The notes under the pieces are model-generated. The model did not search any database. It was not told the origin of the DNA and saw nothing but the letters and a program-made list of their open reading frames with translations. Position numbers and translations under genes: made by a program. From Lama glama (Eukaryota): a stretch of DNA of 64,000 nucleotides. The stretch's first letter is position 1. Every line of letters begins with the position of its first letter. Positions 12,441-23,960 of the stretch are shown here, in pieces. The stretch is taken from the NCBI GenBank assembly GCA_028534125.1, contig CM052816.1, forward strand, positions 45,138,001 to 45,202,000. The letters run 5' to 3'.

Positions 12441-13167
12441 TGTGAGAGAATAGAAAATGTATGTACTGGTCTCTGCCCCTGGTTCATGGCACCGAGCCCC
12501 TAAAGCTCTTGTCATTTCCTAAGTGCTAAGAGCACTAGGAGCATCTCTTGTTCTAATGAGGGGACTCTAGGAAAGACCAAGCCATGAGTAGAAGCCTCCA
12601 TAAAAATCCCAGTGGTACAGAGTTCAGAGAGCTTCCAAGTTGCTGAACACGCCAAGAGAGTAGCATACCCCAACTCCATGTGGACAGAAGCTCCTGCTCT
12701 CAGACTCTCCCAGACCTCACCCCGTGTGTCTCTTCATCTGGCTGTTCATCTGTATCCTTTATCACATCCTTTAATAAACTGGTAAACATAAGTGTTTCCC
12801 TGAGTTCTGTAAGTTACTCCAGCGAAATAATCAAACCTGAAGAGGGGGTCATGGGAACCTCCAATTAGTAGCCAAAATGAACAGAGGTTGTGGGTAACTT
12901 GGGGACCTACTACTTGCGACTGGCATCTGAAGTGGGGTGGGGACAGTCTTGTGGGACTGTGCGTTCAACCAGTGGCATCTGACACTGTCTCCAGGTGGAA
13001 CTGAGTTAAATTGCAGGATACCCACCGGGTGTCATGGAGAATTGCTTGATGTGGGGAAAAAAAAAAAAAACAAAAACCTCTACACATTTGGTGACCAGAA
13101 TGTCAGCATATGAGTAGTAAAGGAGAAAGACACAGGAAGGAAGAAATGGGGTGATTTTTCTGACACA
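12441..13167 (+). mobile_element. MER21-family solo LTR (ERVL class)
   Basis: TG...CA termini, perfect 5-bp TSD gctcc (12436-12440 / 13168-13172), AATAAA near 12773, and MER21-like start 'ggtctctgcccctggttcatggcaccgagcccctaaagc'. Confidence 0.88.
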
Positions 13168-14022
13168 GCTCCCTTTTCTCATCTGTTCTTTTACTAAAGC
13201 CTCATATTCTTTTATGGCTGCACTATCTTATTTATTTCTCTGAATATATATATAACTTTAAAATATTTTTCCCCTTTTTGTGTGGTCACTGTTTTCTGGA
13301 AAACACTTTTATTTTTTCTGTTTCTTTGTTGTGATGTCTCTTTCTCTACTCTTCAGTATCTCCTAGTGATCCTGGGCTGTTCACTGTCATGTAAGAATGG
13401 GGCACTGAAAAGGTGTTTGAAATTCCATATTCCTGCCCAGGGCTTACTGACCACAAGCTTCTTTTAAGATGTTTTGGCCAAGCCATTTTATTGGGGAATC
13501 CCTGACATCTTGCCTATCGGTACTTTTATGAGAGCTGGAAAATTCCCCAGAAGAGATTTTTCCTTTCGCCTTCCTTGCCTGTAAAACCTGACTGCTAATG
13601 TTTCAGAGTCAGGATGATGGTAGGGGGTTAGCCAGTTAGTAAACGTTTCATTTAATCCCTCTCTTTTCGGGGTGGTAGCCAGGTCTGCCCTCAGCTGTGC
13701 CCTGAGCCCTCCAGTCAAGAAACACTCTGTTCTAGTCTCTCCAGGGGCTAAACCTCCAGTGTTCTGCTGGAATAGGAAAATGGCAACCCCCTGGCTACAA
13801 AGAGCTGCAAGGCTCTGAGTATCTAACGCCTCCTTTTTAAGTCCTAACTTTACTCCCACTTCAAAATTATCAGATACTAACAATGCTGCGATATTAGTGG
13901 GCTTGTGGGTATACAATGGGTTGCTTTTTTAACTTTCTCTACTGTCATTTTTAGTAGGAAGCTTCGAGTTCTGCTAAATTCAGCTAGTTTTCAGAACCCT
14001 ATTTTTATCTCCCATTCTTTTT

Positions 14023-14475
14023 CCATTTTTTTTAATTGAAGTATAGTTAGTTTACAATGTTGCATCAATTTCTGATGTACAGTGTAATGTTTCAGTCATA
14101 CATATACATATATATGCTCCTTTTCAGATTCTTTTTCATTATACGTTACTACAAGATATTGAATATAGTTTCCTGTGCTATATAATAGAAACTTGTTGTT
14201 TATCTATTTTATGTATAATAGTTAGTATCTGTAAATCTCTAATTCCCAGTTTATCCCTTCCCACTTCCTTCCCCTGCTGGTAACCAGACGTTTGTTTTAT
14301 GTCTGAGTCTGTTTCTGTTTTGTAAATAAGTTCATTTGTATCTCTCTCTCTTTTTTTAGATTCCACATATAAGTGATATTATGCAATATTTTTCTTTCTC
14401 TTTCTGGCTGTCTTCACTTAGAATGACCATCTTCAGGTCCATCCATATTGCTGCAAATGGCATTATTTTATACAC
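14023..14475 (-). mobile_element. 5'-truncated camelid/cetartiodactyl L1 3' end
   Basis: Antisense tail 'ttttttaattgaagtatagttagtttacaatgttg'. Perfect 14-bp TSD ctcccattcttttt at 14009-14022 and 14476-14489. Confidence 0.9.
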
Positions 14476-14489
14476 CTCCCATTCTTTTT

Positions 14490-15400
14490 TTTCTTGGTGT
14501 TCTGCAGTTTAACTATGAGTTTAGGTGTGGATTTCATTTATCTTGCTTGGGGTTCCTTATGTTCCTGGATGTGAAGATTTGTATCTTTTCTCAATCCCAG
14601 AATATTCTCATTTACATTTTAAAAAATTATCTTCCACTAGCAGTTTCAGTGTACACATTGCTGTGCACAATTCTTGACAATTCCTTTAGATTCATCGTTT
14701 TTAGCCATGTCTAGAGACTGCTTTTAAGCTGTATGTAGAGTTTCTCATTTTAATTATTATATATGTTATTTCTAGAATATATTTAGTTCTTCTAAAAATA
14801 ATGAAACACATTAAACATGCTTATTATCTTATATTCTGTAGCCTATAATTTCAGTACCTTTGATCTTTGACGTTTTGATTTCGTGTGGTGATGCCCTTTT
14901 GTTTTCTTATTGTTTCTCCTGCTCACAGTGACTTGTTTTGCTGTATGCTTTGAGACATTTTTCATTCTGTACTCCTGTTCCTTGGAAATTTATGTAAGAG
15001 AACTCTCTGAGACTTGGATTTAAAACATCTCAATTTTCTTCTATCAGCGCTACCTGAGAACATTGCCAACCTAGGCTCACTTTAGTGTGAATATTTAGGT
15101 TGGGCATTTTGAGCATAAGTTCTGACCCTAAATTCAGGTTGAGGGCTAGCTTGAGGTTCAGTATTACCAAGGAAGAATTCCCACCCTCATCAAGAGTTAA
15201 GACCAAGGAAAGAAAGTTTCTTGACTATTTCCTTTTTTCTTAGTTGTCCTACAGAAAGGAACAAATTTGTTGTTGGGGGAAAGTCTCATATAAGAATTTC
15301 TATACCAAATAGGTCCTCAAGTTTGTCTTTTATCATTTGTCTCAAACTATTAAATCTGAAGCTCTAGACTCTTTAGAATTCGTAGATCACAGTCTGCCAT
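14490..15400 (-). mobile_element. Ancient L1M/HAL1-like ORF1/5' fragment
   Basis: 'ttcttggtgttctgcagtttaactatgagtttaggtgtggatttcatttatcttgcttgggg' is an antisense ORF1-region pattern. Confidence 0.55.
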
Positions 15401-15724
15401 GCCCTGCCCCACCCCCAAGAGTGGAGGAAATGAACAAACTTTTTTGCATTACAGCCCTCTTCCATAGTTCACATTATTATGAATTGGATCACATGAGTTA
15501 TAAGGAAGGAATAAGAGATGATCTCTAATCTTAACAAGCTTTGTCTCAAAAAGAGGTAAAAAAACACATCTAAATACGTCCACAAATACATAAAGAAGTT
15601 ACATTCAAATTTAAATATATGAGTACCTACTAAGACCGGGAAGGTAGTGGGGGAGGGAAGGAAGCCTATGACATGAGCTGAACATACAGTGGCCATGCAC
15701 CCATCCTGGCTGTCCTCATTTACC

Positions 15725-15890
15725 CCTCAGCTGCATGCTGACAAAACATTCACTTGCTCTGTTTGGCAGCTGGAACATTTTTAGCAGTCTCAGAGGCCAG
15801 ACATGTACACATTTAGCTCCTCAACTCTGCTCTTGATTGACAGTCCCTGAAATGGAAATCTCTGGCAATGTGGTCATTGATGAATCTAAT
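15725..15890. promoter_or_regulatory. Candidate enhancer (PBX-MEIS/PREP decamer, PBX-HOX octamer, two E-boxes)
   Basis: TGATTGACAG at 15834-15843, TGATGAAT at 15878-15885, CAGCTG at 15728 and 15767. Motif match only. Confidence 0.4.
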
Positions 15891-17922
15891 GTCTCATCAG
15901 AAAGAATTAAAAAGCAAATGTATTGGTTCTTTTTCCAGCCAATGTTATTCAACTGCATTCCACTACCATACAGTCTTGAAATTACATGGTGCTAAGCATG
16001 AATTTTTCCATTAACTCTCATGTTACTCTCTCTTTCAATGACCTCAAATGGTGGGGAACAGCATCGCCATTTTTGGAGGTACAGTGATGGAGTTAACTGC
16101 TTGCAGGGAAAGGACTTTATCTATAGAGGAGCTGAATTATTAGAAGGAAAAAAGTATCTTTTTTTTTCTTTTGCTTGATACAACTTAGCAGAGAAGCCCA
16201 AGTTTATAGATGTGGATCTATTGACCACTGTACTTGCCACACCCCACAAAACCACCCAGTCTCTCTCCCTATTCTCCTTCTCTAGCACACTTTTCCGCCT
16301 CCCATTCCAAATTCTAGTGTATGTATAACTTGATAAGCTGAGCCTGTAATTTCTAAGAAAATGCAAAAAGGCCAAATGTAACTAAGCCACATCTGGAGAA
16401 CAAGGGAAGAGTTCCATCACATATCACACAAGAAAAAAAATAGAATATAAGAAGGGAGAACCTTCAAAATAACAACATTTAAGAAGGTTAAAGGAGAAAA
16501 TCATTCAAAGGAAACTTCATATTGTACCCATAACATTTGGGGGAAGGCTCTAGTAAAAAGTTCTGAATATATGTTATTTCCAGCAAATGCTTATAAAATG
16601 TTTTGAATTTGTAGTTAAAAACAACCAGCATTTCAGTTCTAACTCATCACACATCACAAGCTTGTTTTCTTCCTACATGTGTAAGATGAGGATAATAATT
16701 CTAGAATCACTGGAGCAAACATCTGTAAAGTGAAAAGTATTACTATTACTAAGCTTAGTCTCCTTTGAGATAAGACTGATAAAGAGTTTTAAACTAGTGA
16801 CTTTGATGGAAAATTTTGGGTAGTTAGTGAGAAAAACCTTAAACTTTTGGGAGGGGGTGACAGGCCAATAAAATTAAGTGCAAAAAAATTTCCATTTTCA
16901 GATAGTTTTATAGGACCTGGGTAGATGGAAATTACTAAGCAAATTAATGCCTGTCTAAAAATGTAATGGAAAACATGGAAAAGTATTGTGTTTTGGTGTA
17001 TCTCCAATTCATAGTTCAAGTAATTAATTGCTGAAATAAAATTATCTCATGTATTTCTAATAAGTGTGATACTGAGTAACAAATATTTTGGGAATCGTTT
17101 CCTCACTGCCAGCTCAGCACATGCAACATTCTGTATGCGTGTAGTGCTTGTGTTTGCAGGCTCCTCAGGGATGCTGATTTAAAGGCCACTGTGAATTATC
17201 CACTCTCTCCCAGGTGTGCACAGGGCCAGCAATTGGAAGGTCATGCGTATCTGGTCAGTGACAAAAAATTGTTTGTGTGATTTCATGTGTAATTTACAAG
17301 CATGAAATGGAATTTAACATCTTGTGTAATATTCTGGAAGTTTAAAATGTTGCTATTTCTAAATTCATCTTGCCAGAATTGTCAAGACACTTGTTATTGG
17401 GGATTTTGTAAAAATTTCAAAAGAGGTCATTTTGAATTATCTTCAAGTAAAACACAATTTTTTCCTTCAACAATGGAAATAACCCAACGTCATGGTAATT
17501 AACTATTGCTATGTTTATAATACTTCTTATGTTAATCATATGTTGGCCAGCTGATAGTGAACTGGCTAGTATTCCTATGTGAGGATGCCAAGAACAAAAT
17601 TTCATAAAACCTTTACCTCTCAATGAAAAATAATAGTTTTTTTTTTATCAATTAAGAATATATTTTGGGAGATTTAAACATGAGGAATTTATAATTCAAA
17701 TAAATCTTCAGTTCTTTTTTTTGAGGTACAAAATTATTGTTAATAATCACTATAATTGATACTAAAAAAGACTGTACCTTCGCAGCTGTCTGGCTGGATT
17801 CTAGATCTGAATATATTATGCTCAGTCTTTTCAACTACAACTGCAAAAGCTGCCTGAAACAGTTAAAAGTTTCATAAGTCAAATTTTGTGTACCTTCCAG
17901 TGGGATGTAAAGAATATTGTCT

Positions 17923-18124
17923 CAATGGCATGCTAGAGCTGGTAGAAACTGACTTCTGAGAACCAATCTGAGTGTTTTCCATCTCCACATTCAATGATGT
18001 CATACTGTTAAGTTCAAAATCAGCCACGGCAGTAGTAGTTACACCACAGAAATGGCAAAACTCTACAGATCAGGTCTTCTTACCCTGGAGAGCCAGCTGT
18101 TACACACTTATCAGCACATCACTG
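17923..18124. mobile_element. MER63A-like hAT-Blackjack MITE, near full length
   Basis: Degenerate terminal inverted repeats caatggcatgctag ... tcagcacatcactg. Internal 'ttacaccacagaaatggcaaa..ctacagatcagg' and 'ggagagccagctgttacacactta'. About 200 bp. Confidence 0.8.
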
Positions 18125-18909
18125 TGTGGGGGAAAAAAAGAAAAGGAAACATGGATTTGGGTTTAGTTGTAAGAGGGCAATGGAATTTGGAAGTAGAGTT
18201 CAGAGCGACTAGTCAGATTTAGAATTGGAAAATATTATTCAAAATGCTATGTGTTTACAGAATATTATCAGCTTTTAGTGAGATCAATCAGTTTGGGAAA
18301 ATTCGGAGGCAGCCTACTAGGAATTTTAAGTTATGGAAAGTCCTGAGGAATCCAGTGTGTTTGTAAGAGGGATGGGCAATGTGATCACATCAGTGCCGTA
18401 CCAAACACCTTGGTTCTGGTCTCTTCCAGGTTATCCTGATTTGAAACAAGAACAGTCTTCCCCAGACCCTCTCCCAAACTTGATGGAAAGGACAAGAACT
18501 CCCTCAAAAATAGGGTGTAGGTTGGCATACACTTGAAAATAAATGCATACGTATTGGTAGGGACCAGGTAACTATATTCCCCGTTCTGTAGAGCCAGCAA
18601 AAGCCAACTTTGACTCAAGAGCAATGTAAACAAAGTTCTAAGCATTATAATTTGACCCCAGCTGAGTTCCACAGTGGAAATTTACAAAGAAAAACTCATT
18701 CTTATTGTTTTATAGCTCACTTTCAATATGTAATTTGATTATATACCAAATATAAAACTAGTTATTCTGAATATAATATGAGCTCCTAGGACATCCTCGC
18801 TATTATAAATATTTACAAGTAAGAAATAGATGTATATTCAAGTATGTGAAGGCATCGTGATATCCAGATAAGTGAGCCTGTTCTTGTAATGATCATTTTA
18901 TTAATAATC

Positions 18910-19140
18910 GACATACCATATCCCCTTTCTTGGATTATTTTTCTCCACACATTTATCACCCTGTATTTTTCTAATTGTTCTTTTACTATGTGTTTCTATC
19001 CACTAGAATGTGCAGGTCTGTGTAGACAAGGGCCTTTTCTGTTTCATCATTACTTTCACCATCGCCATTGCTATGTTCTTTCACCAACTGGCACATGATA
19101 GATAATAAAATATTTGCTGAATAAATGGGTGAATTAATTA
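18910..19140 (+). mobile_element. L2 3' end
   Basis: Ends in 'tggcacatgatagataataaaatatttgctgaataaatgggtgaatt'. Confidence 0.65.
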
Positions 19141-19889
19141 AACACAAAGATTGATGAAGAAGTTTCAATGACTGAAAACTTTCAGGATTCTACTCTATTT
19201 GAGAGTCCACAGTAATCTGACTTCTGAACTCAGAAACAGAGAAGATACACAGAGAAATCTGGCATGAAAATGTTACTCATTTGCACCCAGTTTGTTAAGC
19301 ACTGAACGTATGTTTCAGAAGTCATGTGTTGATTTAGTACAAATAACTAAGAAAATATCTTGCTAGCATTTTAGCTAAGAAATGATAATTTTCCAGAGAG
19401 CTGGGTGAGGTTACCAGTAACTAACATGATTTTAAAGAACAAACTCAGTCATCCCTCAAAGCCCCAGAGATCACTTTTCAACAAGTGACACTTTTCAACA
19501 AGTCTCTATCTGATGGTCTGATAGTGAGTTCCTTGGAGGGCAATGGCTTTGTCATCCTTAACATCCAGCAGAGATCTGAGGCCATAATCAGTTCTCAATA
19601 AGTATTCATGGAATGGACATTGCATTATTGATTTAATAAAGAAGTATTTTTGCAACCAGACCTATAGTTTTGAATTGAGAGCTGGATCAGATACTGTGAT
19701 CCCTAAACCCGTTTTCTTGATTGATCTTCCTCTATTCTTTGCTTGTTCTATAAGAGAAATGTAGAATCTAGAGTCAACAAAAGAAACAGAAATGTACTAA
19801 ACAGCATTTTCAATACAAGAGTCCATGTGACTTTTAAGAAGAGTCCAAGCTCCACTAGCTGAAAAGTTTTCTGTGGGCAAAGCATTTTC

Positions 19890-19908
19890 CCAAGGTCAGG
19901 AGAGTTCA
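19890..19908 (+). promoter_or_regulatory. Candidate nuclear-receptor DR4 element overlapping an NR5A/ERR-type extended half-site
   Basis: AGGTCA-ggag-AGTTCA at 19893-19908 and CCAAGGTCA at 19890-19898, in apparently non-repeat DNA. Motif match only. Confidence 0.4.
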
Positions 19909-20129
19909 AAGAACACAGCAAACTTTGAGGAACATGCCAGTGAATTTTGTAAAAGTTGTTTTTGTGTGTATGCGAAGACACAGGGCTTGGCTGGTCATTC
20001 TAATCTCCAGATGGTCACAGGATGCAGCCAATAATGACCATGGAACATCCTGAAACCGATTATGAGTTTAATCAAGCAACATAGTCTCATTTGTTTGCTT
20101 CTAAGAGAGAATTTGTCAGAAATGTTGAC

Positions 20130-21280
20130 TCTGTTCTCTTTCATTCCTACTACCACTCCAGGCTAAGTGAGCATTGTTTTTCAGCTGGATTATTACAATG
20201 ACTTACTAACTGGTTGTCTCTTTAGTAATCTTGCCTCCCTGAAATCTGTTCACACCCTAGCCACCAAGATCATTTTAAAACTTAATTTTGATCTTGTTAT
20301 TTCCAGCCTTTGAAAAGTTTTTGCCTTCCCATTGAGGTTAGGTTAGAATGCAAAAATCTTTACCATAATCTGTGAGGCCCTTCTTGATTAGGACCCCACC
20401 TTCTTCAGCTGTTTCTCCTGCCACTGTCCCCTGGACTCCAGCCACACAGAGCTCTTGTGGACCCTCAAAAAGCTCAAATCCCCTCCTTATCTTAAGGCTT
20501 TCCTCTGTTCTCTTCCCTCTCCCTGGAACATGCTTCTCATTCACAACTTAATGCTGCATGTACTATTCTAGATATCTCTTTAAGGGTTAGACGTCAGTGG
20601 TTACTTTCACTGGGCTAGGCTGTTCATGCTTCATGAGAGAAGTGATTCTCAAACTTGAAAATGAGGAAGCATTCCTAGGCAGATACATGGGGCAAAACTC
20701 ATCTCAGCAGAAGCAACAGAGTGTATAAAAATGCAGAGGGCAAGAAACTGTTTGGCATAGAACCAGCAATGACATTTCTTAAAATAAGATGGAGAATGAG
20801 TTTTGAGAGAAAGATGATCTCTGCTTCAGATATGTTGAGTTTGACTTATCTGGGACCGCAGGATGGAGATGGACAGAGAATAGGCTACTGGGTATGTGGG
20901 GAAGAATATGAGATGGAGAGAGAAAAGGCAGGGAAGGAAATATAGATCTAGGATTTATCAGTACATAGAATTTCCTAGGAAAATTAGGAAATTGTACAGT
21001 AATGAAGAAATGCAAACATTTAAATAACAGGCACCAGTAAAGAAAATAAAGAAGTGGTCAGAGAAATTATCTCCTGGAAACGGGAGGTGAGGATTTCAAG
21101 AAATTTCAAGGATTTCTTCTTCCTGCAGAAACATAGATGATAATTTAATTCAGCTGAGGACAAAATAGTCCCAGGAATTTGGAAACAGGAACGTCTTTGA
21201 TGAGTTTTACCAGGGAAATATGAGAAACTGAATCATAAGGAAAGTAACTAGAAGTTGAGGAGAAATCGGGATATAATGAA
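20130..21280. mobile_element. L2 fragments in opposite orientations (+ at about 20130-20590, - at about 20600-21280)
   Basis: A pyrimidine-rich sense L2 pattern ('cagctggattattacaatgacttactaactgg') switches to a purine-rich antisense pattern. Confidence 0.6.
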
Positions 21281-21287
21281 ATGGAAC

Positions 21288-21592
21288 CGAAACAACAACA
21301 GACTCACAGACATAGAAAACAAACTTACGGTTATCAACGGGGAACGGAGGGGGTAGGGATAAATGAGTGGTTTGAGGTTAACACACACAAGGTACAACAA
21401 ATATCAACAACAAGGACTAATGTATAGCATAGGTCACTATATTCAATATCTTGTAATAACCTATAATGGAAAAGAATCTGAGAAAGAATATATATATGAA
21501 TATATATATGTATATATGTGTATAACTTAATCACTTTGCTGTACACCTGAAACACAGCATTATGAATCAATTATATTTCAATTTAAAAAAAA
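21288..21592 (+). mobile_element. 5'-truncated camelid/cetartiodactyl L1 3' end
   Basis: 'cagactcacagacatagaaaacaaactta...tcactttgctgtacacctgaaac...ttcaatttaaaaaaaa'. Diverged TSD gaaatggaacc / gaaatgcagcc. Confidence 0.85.
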
Positions 21593-23960
21593 GAAATGCA
21601 GCCAGAGATTGAAATCCATTCTTTTGTGGAGCTGGGCTGTGAAAGGGAGGGGAGGGGTAGAGGAACAGGGCAACCAGCTGTGGAGTGGGTGCAGAGTTGA
21701 GGAAGAGTGTTTTAATTGTTTATTTTTATAGTAGTGAGACTAAATCTGTTTTACAGGGGAAAGGACGATGATACTGAAATACAGTTTCCAAGGAAACAAT
21801 TTACGAAACAAAACACTGCAAGAGAGAATAGGGGATCTGCTTTTGAATCAAGCAGAGTTAACTTTTAGGGTGGGAGCAAACAGTTGAAACGGTAAGACAA
21901 GAGGAATGAAGTCATGGGCTGCTTCACCTGTCTGTACACTGCAACTCCTTTCTGTGAGGAAGGAGATGTAGTCCCTGCCAAGAAGCCAGAGGATGTGAAA
22001 GTAGCAACTTGATCTCAGTAACTTTCCTGATATGTCTGATGGTGCTAAACCAGAGTGGTTTTACATGTGAAAGGTTCATGGTTATGAGGACTTGACTAAC
22101 ACATGAAACAAAATATCTAAGGCTGTGACATTTCTGCAGACAGGTACCCATGGCCTGGTCTCGTCTCTCCTGGACCAGAAATCAGGATGTAAAGCCAGAG
22201 GAGGAGGTTTCAAGGTCAGGAAGTGAAGGCTGTAGGGGCAGCAGGTGAGATCCCCTGTGAGAGTGAACAGCAAATCTTCACAGCAACTCTTTCGTCACCG
22301 ATGCAGGCCTTGACACCACCTTCAGCCTGCCATCAGAGTGCATTTGGGAATCACTACAGTCTGAGGCGTTATCTGATCATGCCTGACTGTGCTCATATTT
22401 GAGCTTTTGAGTGTTTTCAAAAGAACTTGGGGGGGAGGGGTGATACATGGAATTTCCCATCATTAAAATAGCTATGCCATTCCTACGGTACTCACTGGGA
22501 GATAGCAGTCAAAACATTTTAAAATATATATTTCTCTAGTGTTTTTTATCATCATTTGACAAGCACATTTGTGTAAATCAATAGATTATAGCTGTAGATA
22601 ATTCTTTAGTTCATAGATTTATGAGCAAAATTACCTCCTACTTCTGGTGATACTTACACTTTCTTCAGTGTAACAGAATTTTTTATTCTCAGTTTTTGTT
22701 CTTTTGCTTTTTTGCTTTCTTGCCTCTAACTTTTTGCTTTAGCCTGTGTTATCCAGCTGAGTTAACAGCGTTCTGGATACAAAATAAGCATTGGATAAAT
22801 ACCTGCTGATTGACTGACCCACATCCTGTCAGGATGCTTCAGTCACGGGGTCAAATCAGGAAAATGGTGTTGCCAATTTAAACCTGTCTCCCCAGTTGTT
22901 TCAAGCCACCCATTCTTGGCTAAGCCGCCCGTGTAAGCAATCTGCTTTGCAGCATTGCTCACAATGGCAGTGCTATTGCTGCTAGGAGCGTAGGAGGGAG
23001 AATTTACTAAAGTACAGGAATCTCTAGCTGGGATTCTCTTTGTCTCCAGCTGCTAATCTTAATTACACTGTCAACCTAAAAGTATCACAGGTACATACCA
23101 CTTCTGTTTTTCTTTTCTTTCTTTCTTTTTTTTTTAACTATAGCTTCATTATCACAAACAAAAATTCTTGGGATGAGACCAGTGAGTTAAAGGTATGACC
23201 ACAGGATAAGGAATTATTGTTCAAGGCAACTATTTTTGAACACTTCTTTTTTATTGGCCCTCAAAAAGAATTTTTTAGGTTTGTCTATCATAAATAGAAA
23301 GCAAGGACTTTTCCTTTCCATGTATTTCTGAGAAGCCATGCTGTGCATTACTTTGCAGTGTTGTATTTTTAGCACAATATTTTACTTCAAGTATTATTGG
23401 TTTTTCCTAGAAAGTTTTTATTACTGTTTAATATGTAGTTTTTTAAATTTTGCCTGCTGTCTCATGTACAGTTTTTTTTTTTTGAATCATGTGTGGCTTT
23501 TTAAAAACAGTACCTGGAAGGTGTGAAAGTAGCAACTTGATCTCAATAACTTTATAGAATTTTGAGTGACATTATGTACGTTCCTCTAATAAGTAGCACA
23601 CAAGACAGACTCGATTCTTGCCTTAATGGACTTTATCTTCCACTGGGGAAGATTCTTTAGAAAAACAAGTAAAATGATAAATATATAATTTAGGGGGGGA
23701 TTAGCATTTTGAAGATGAATAAAGCAGCGTGAGAGGGTAGAGCTTATGAGTGAAAATGGAATTGTTGTTTTAGATCGGGTGATCATAGAAGATCTTTGTG
23801 AAGAGAAGATTTTATGCAAAGACCACATGAGGAAGTAAGGAAGTGAGATGTCAGAAGTCTTGGGGAAGCTGACTCAGCAGGACGAAAGCAAGTTCACAGC
23901 CTGTGAGATGGGCCTGAACGGGGCATGGCTTTTTAAAATACCATCAAGAGGGCCAGTGTC

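Larger units (their letters stand above)
11750..14008 (-). mobile_element. HAL1 (half-L1, ORF1-only) element interrupted by a Vic-1 SINE and a MER21 LTR
   Basis: ORF 11800-11985 (-) 'KPTPRDIVVKFQNTEDKE' resembles the L1/HAL1 ORF1 'TPRHIIVKFQN..DKEKIL' segment. The HAL1-like sequence resumes after each insertion. Confidence 0.8.

Noticed and set aside
13488..13916. Longest ORF in the track (142 aa)
   Set aside because: Lies within the HAL1 fossil, has a non-ATG start and shows no recognisable domain.
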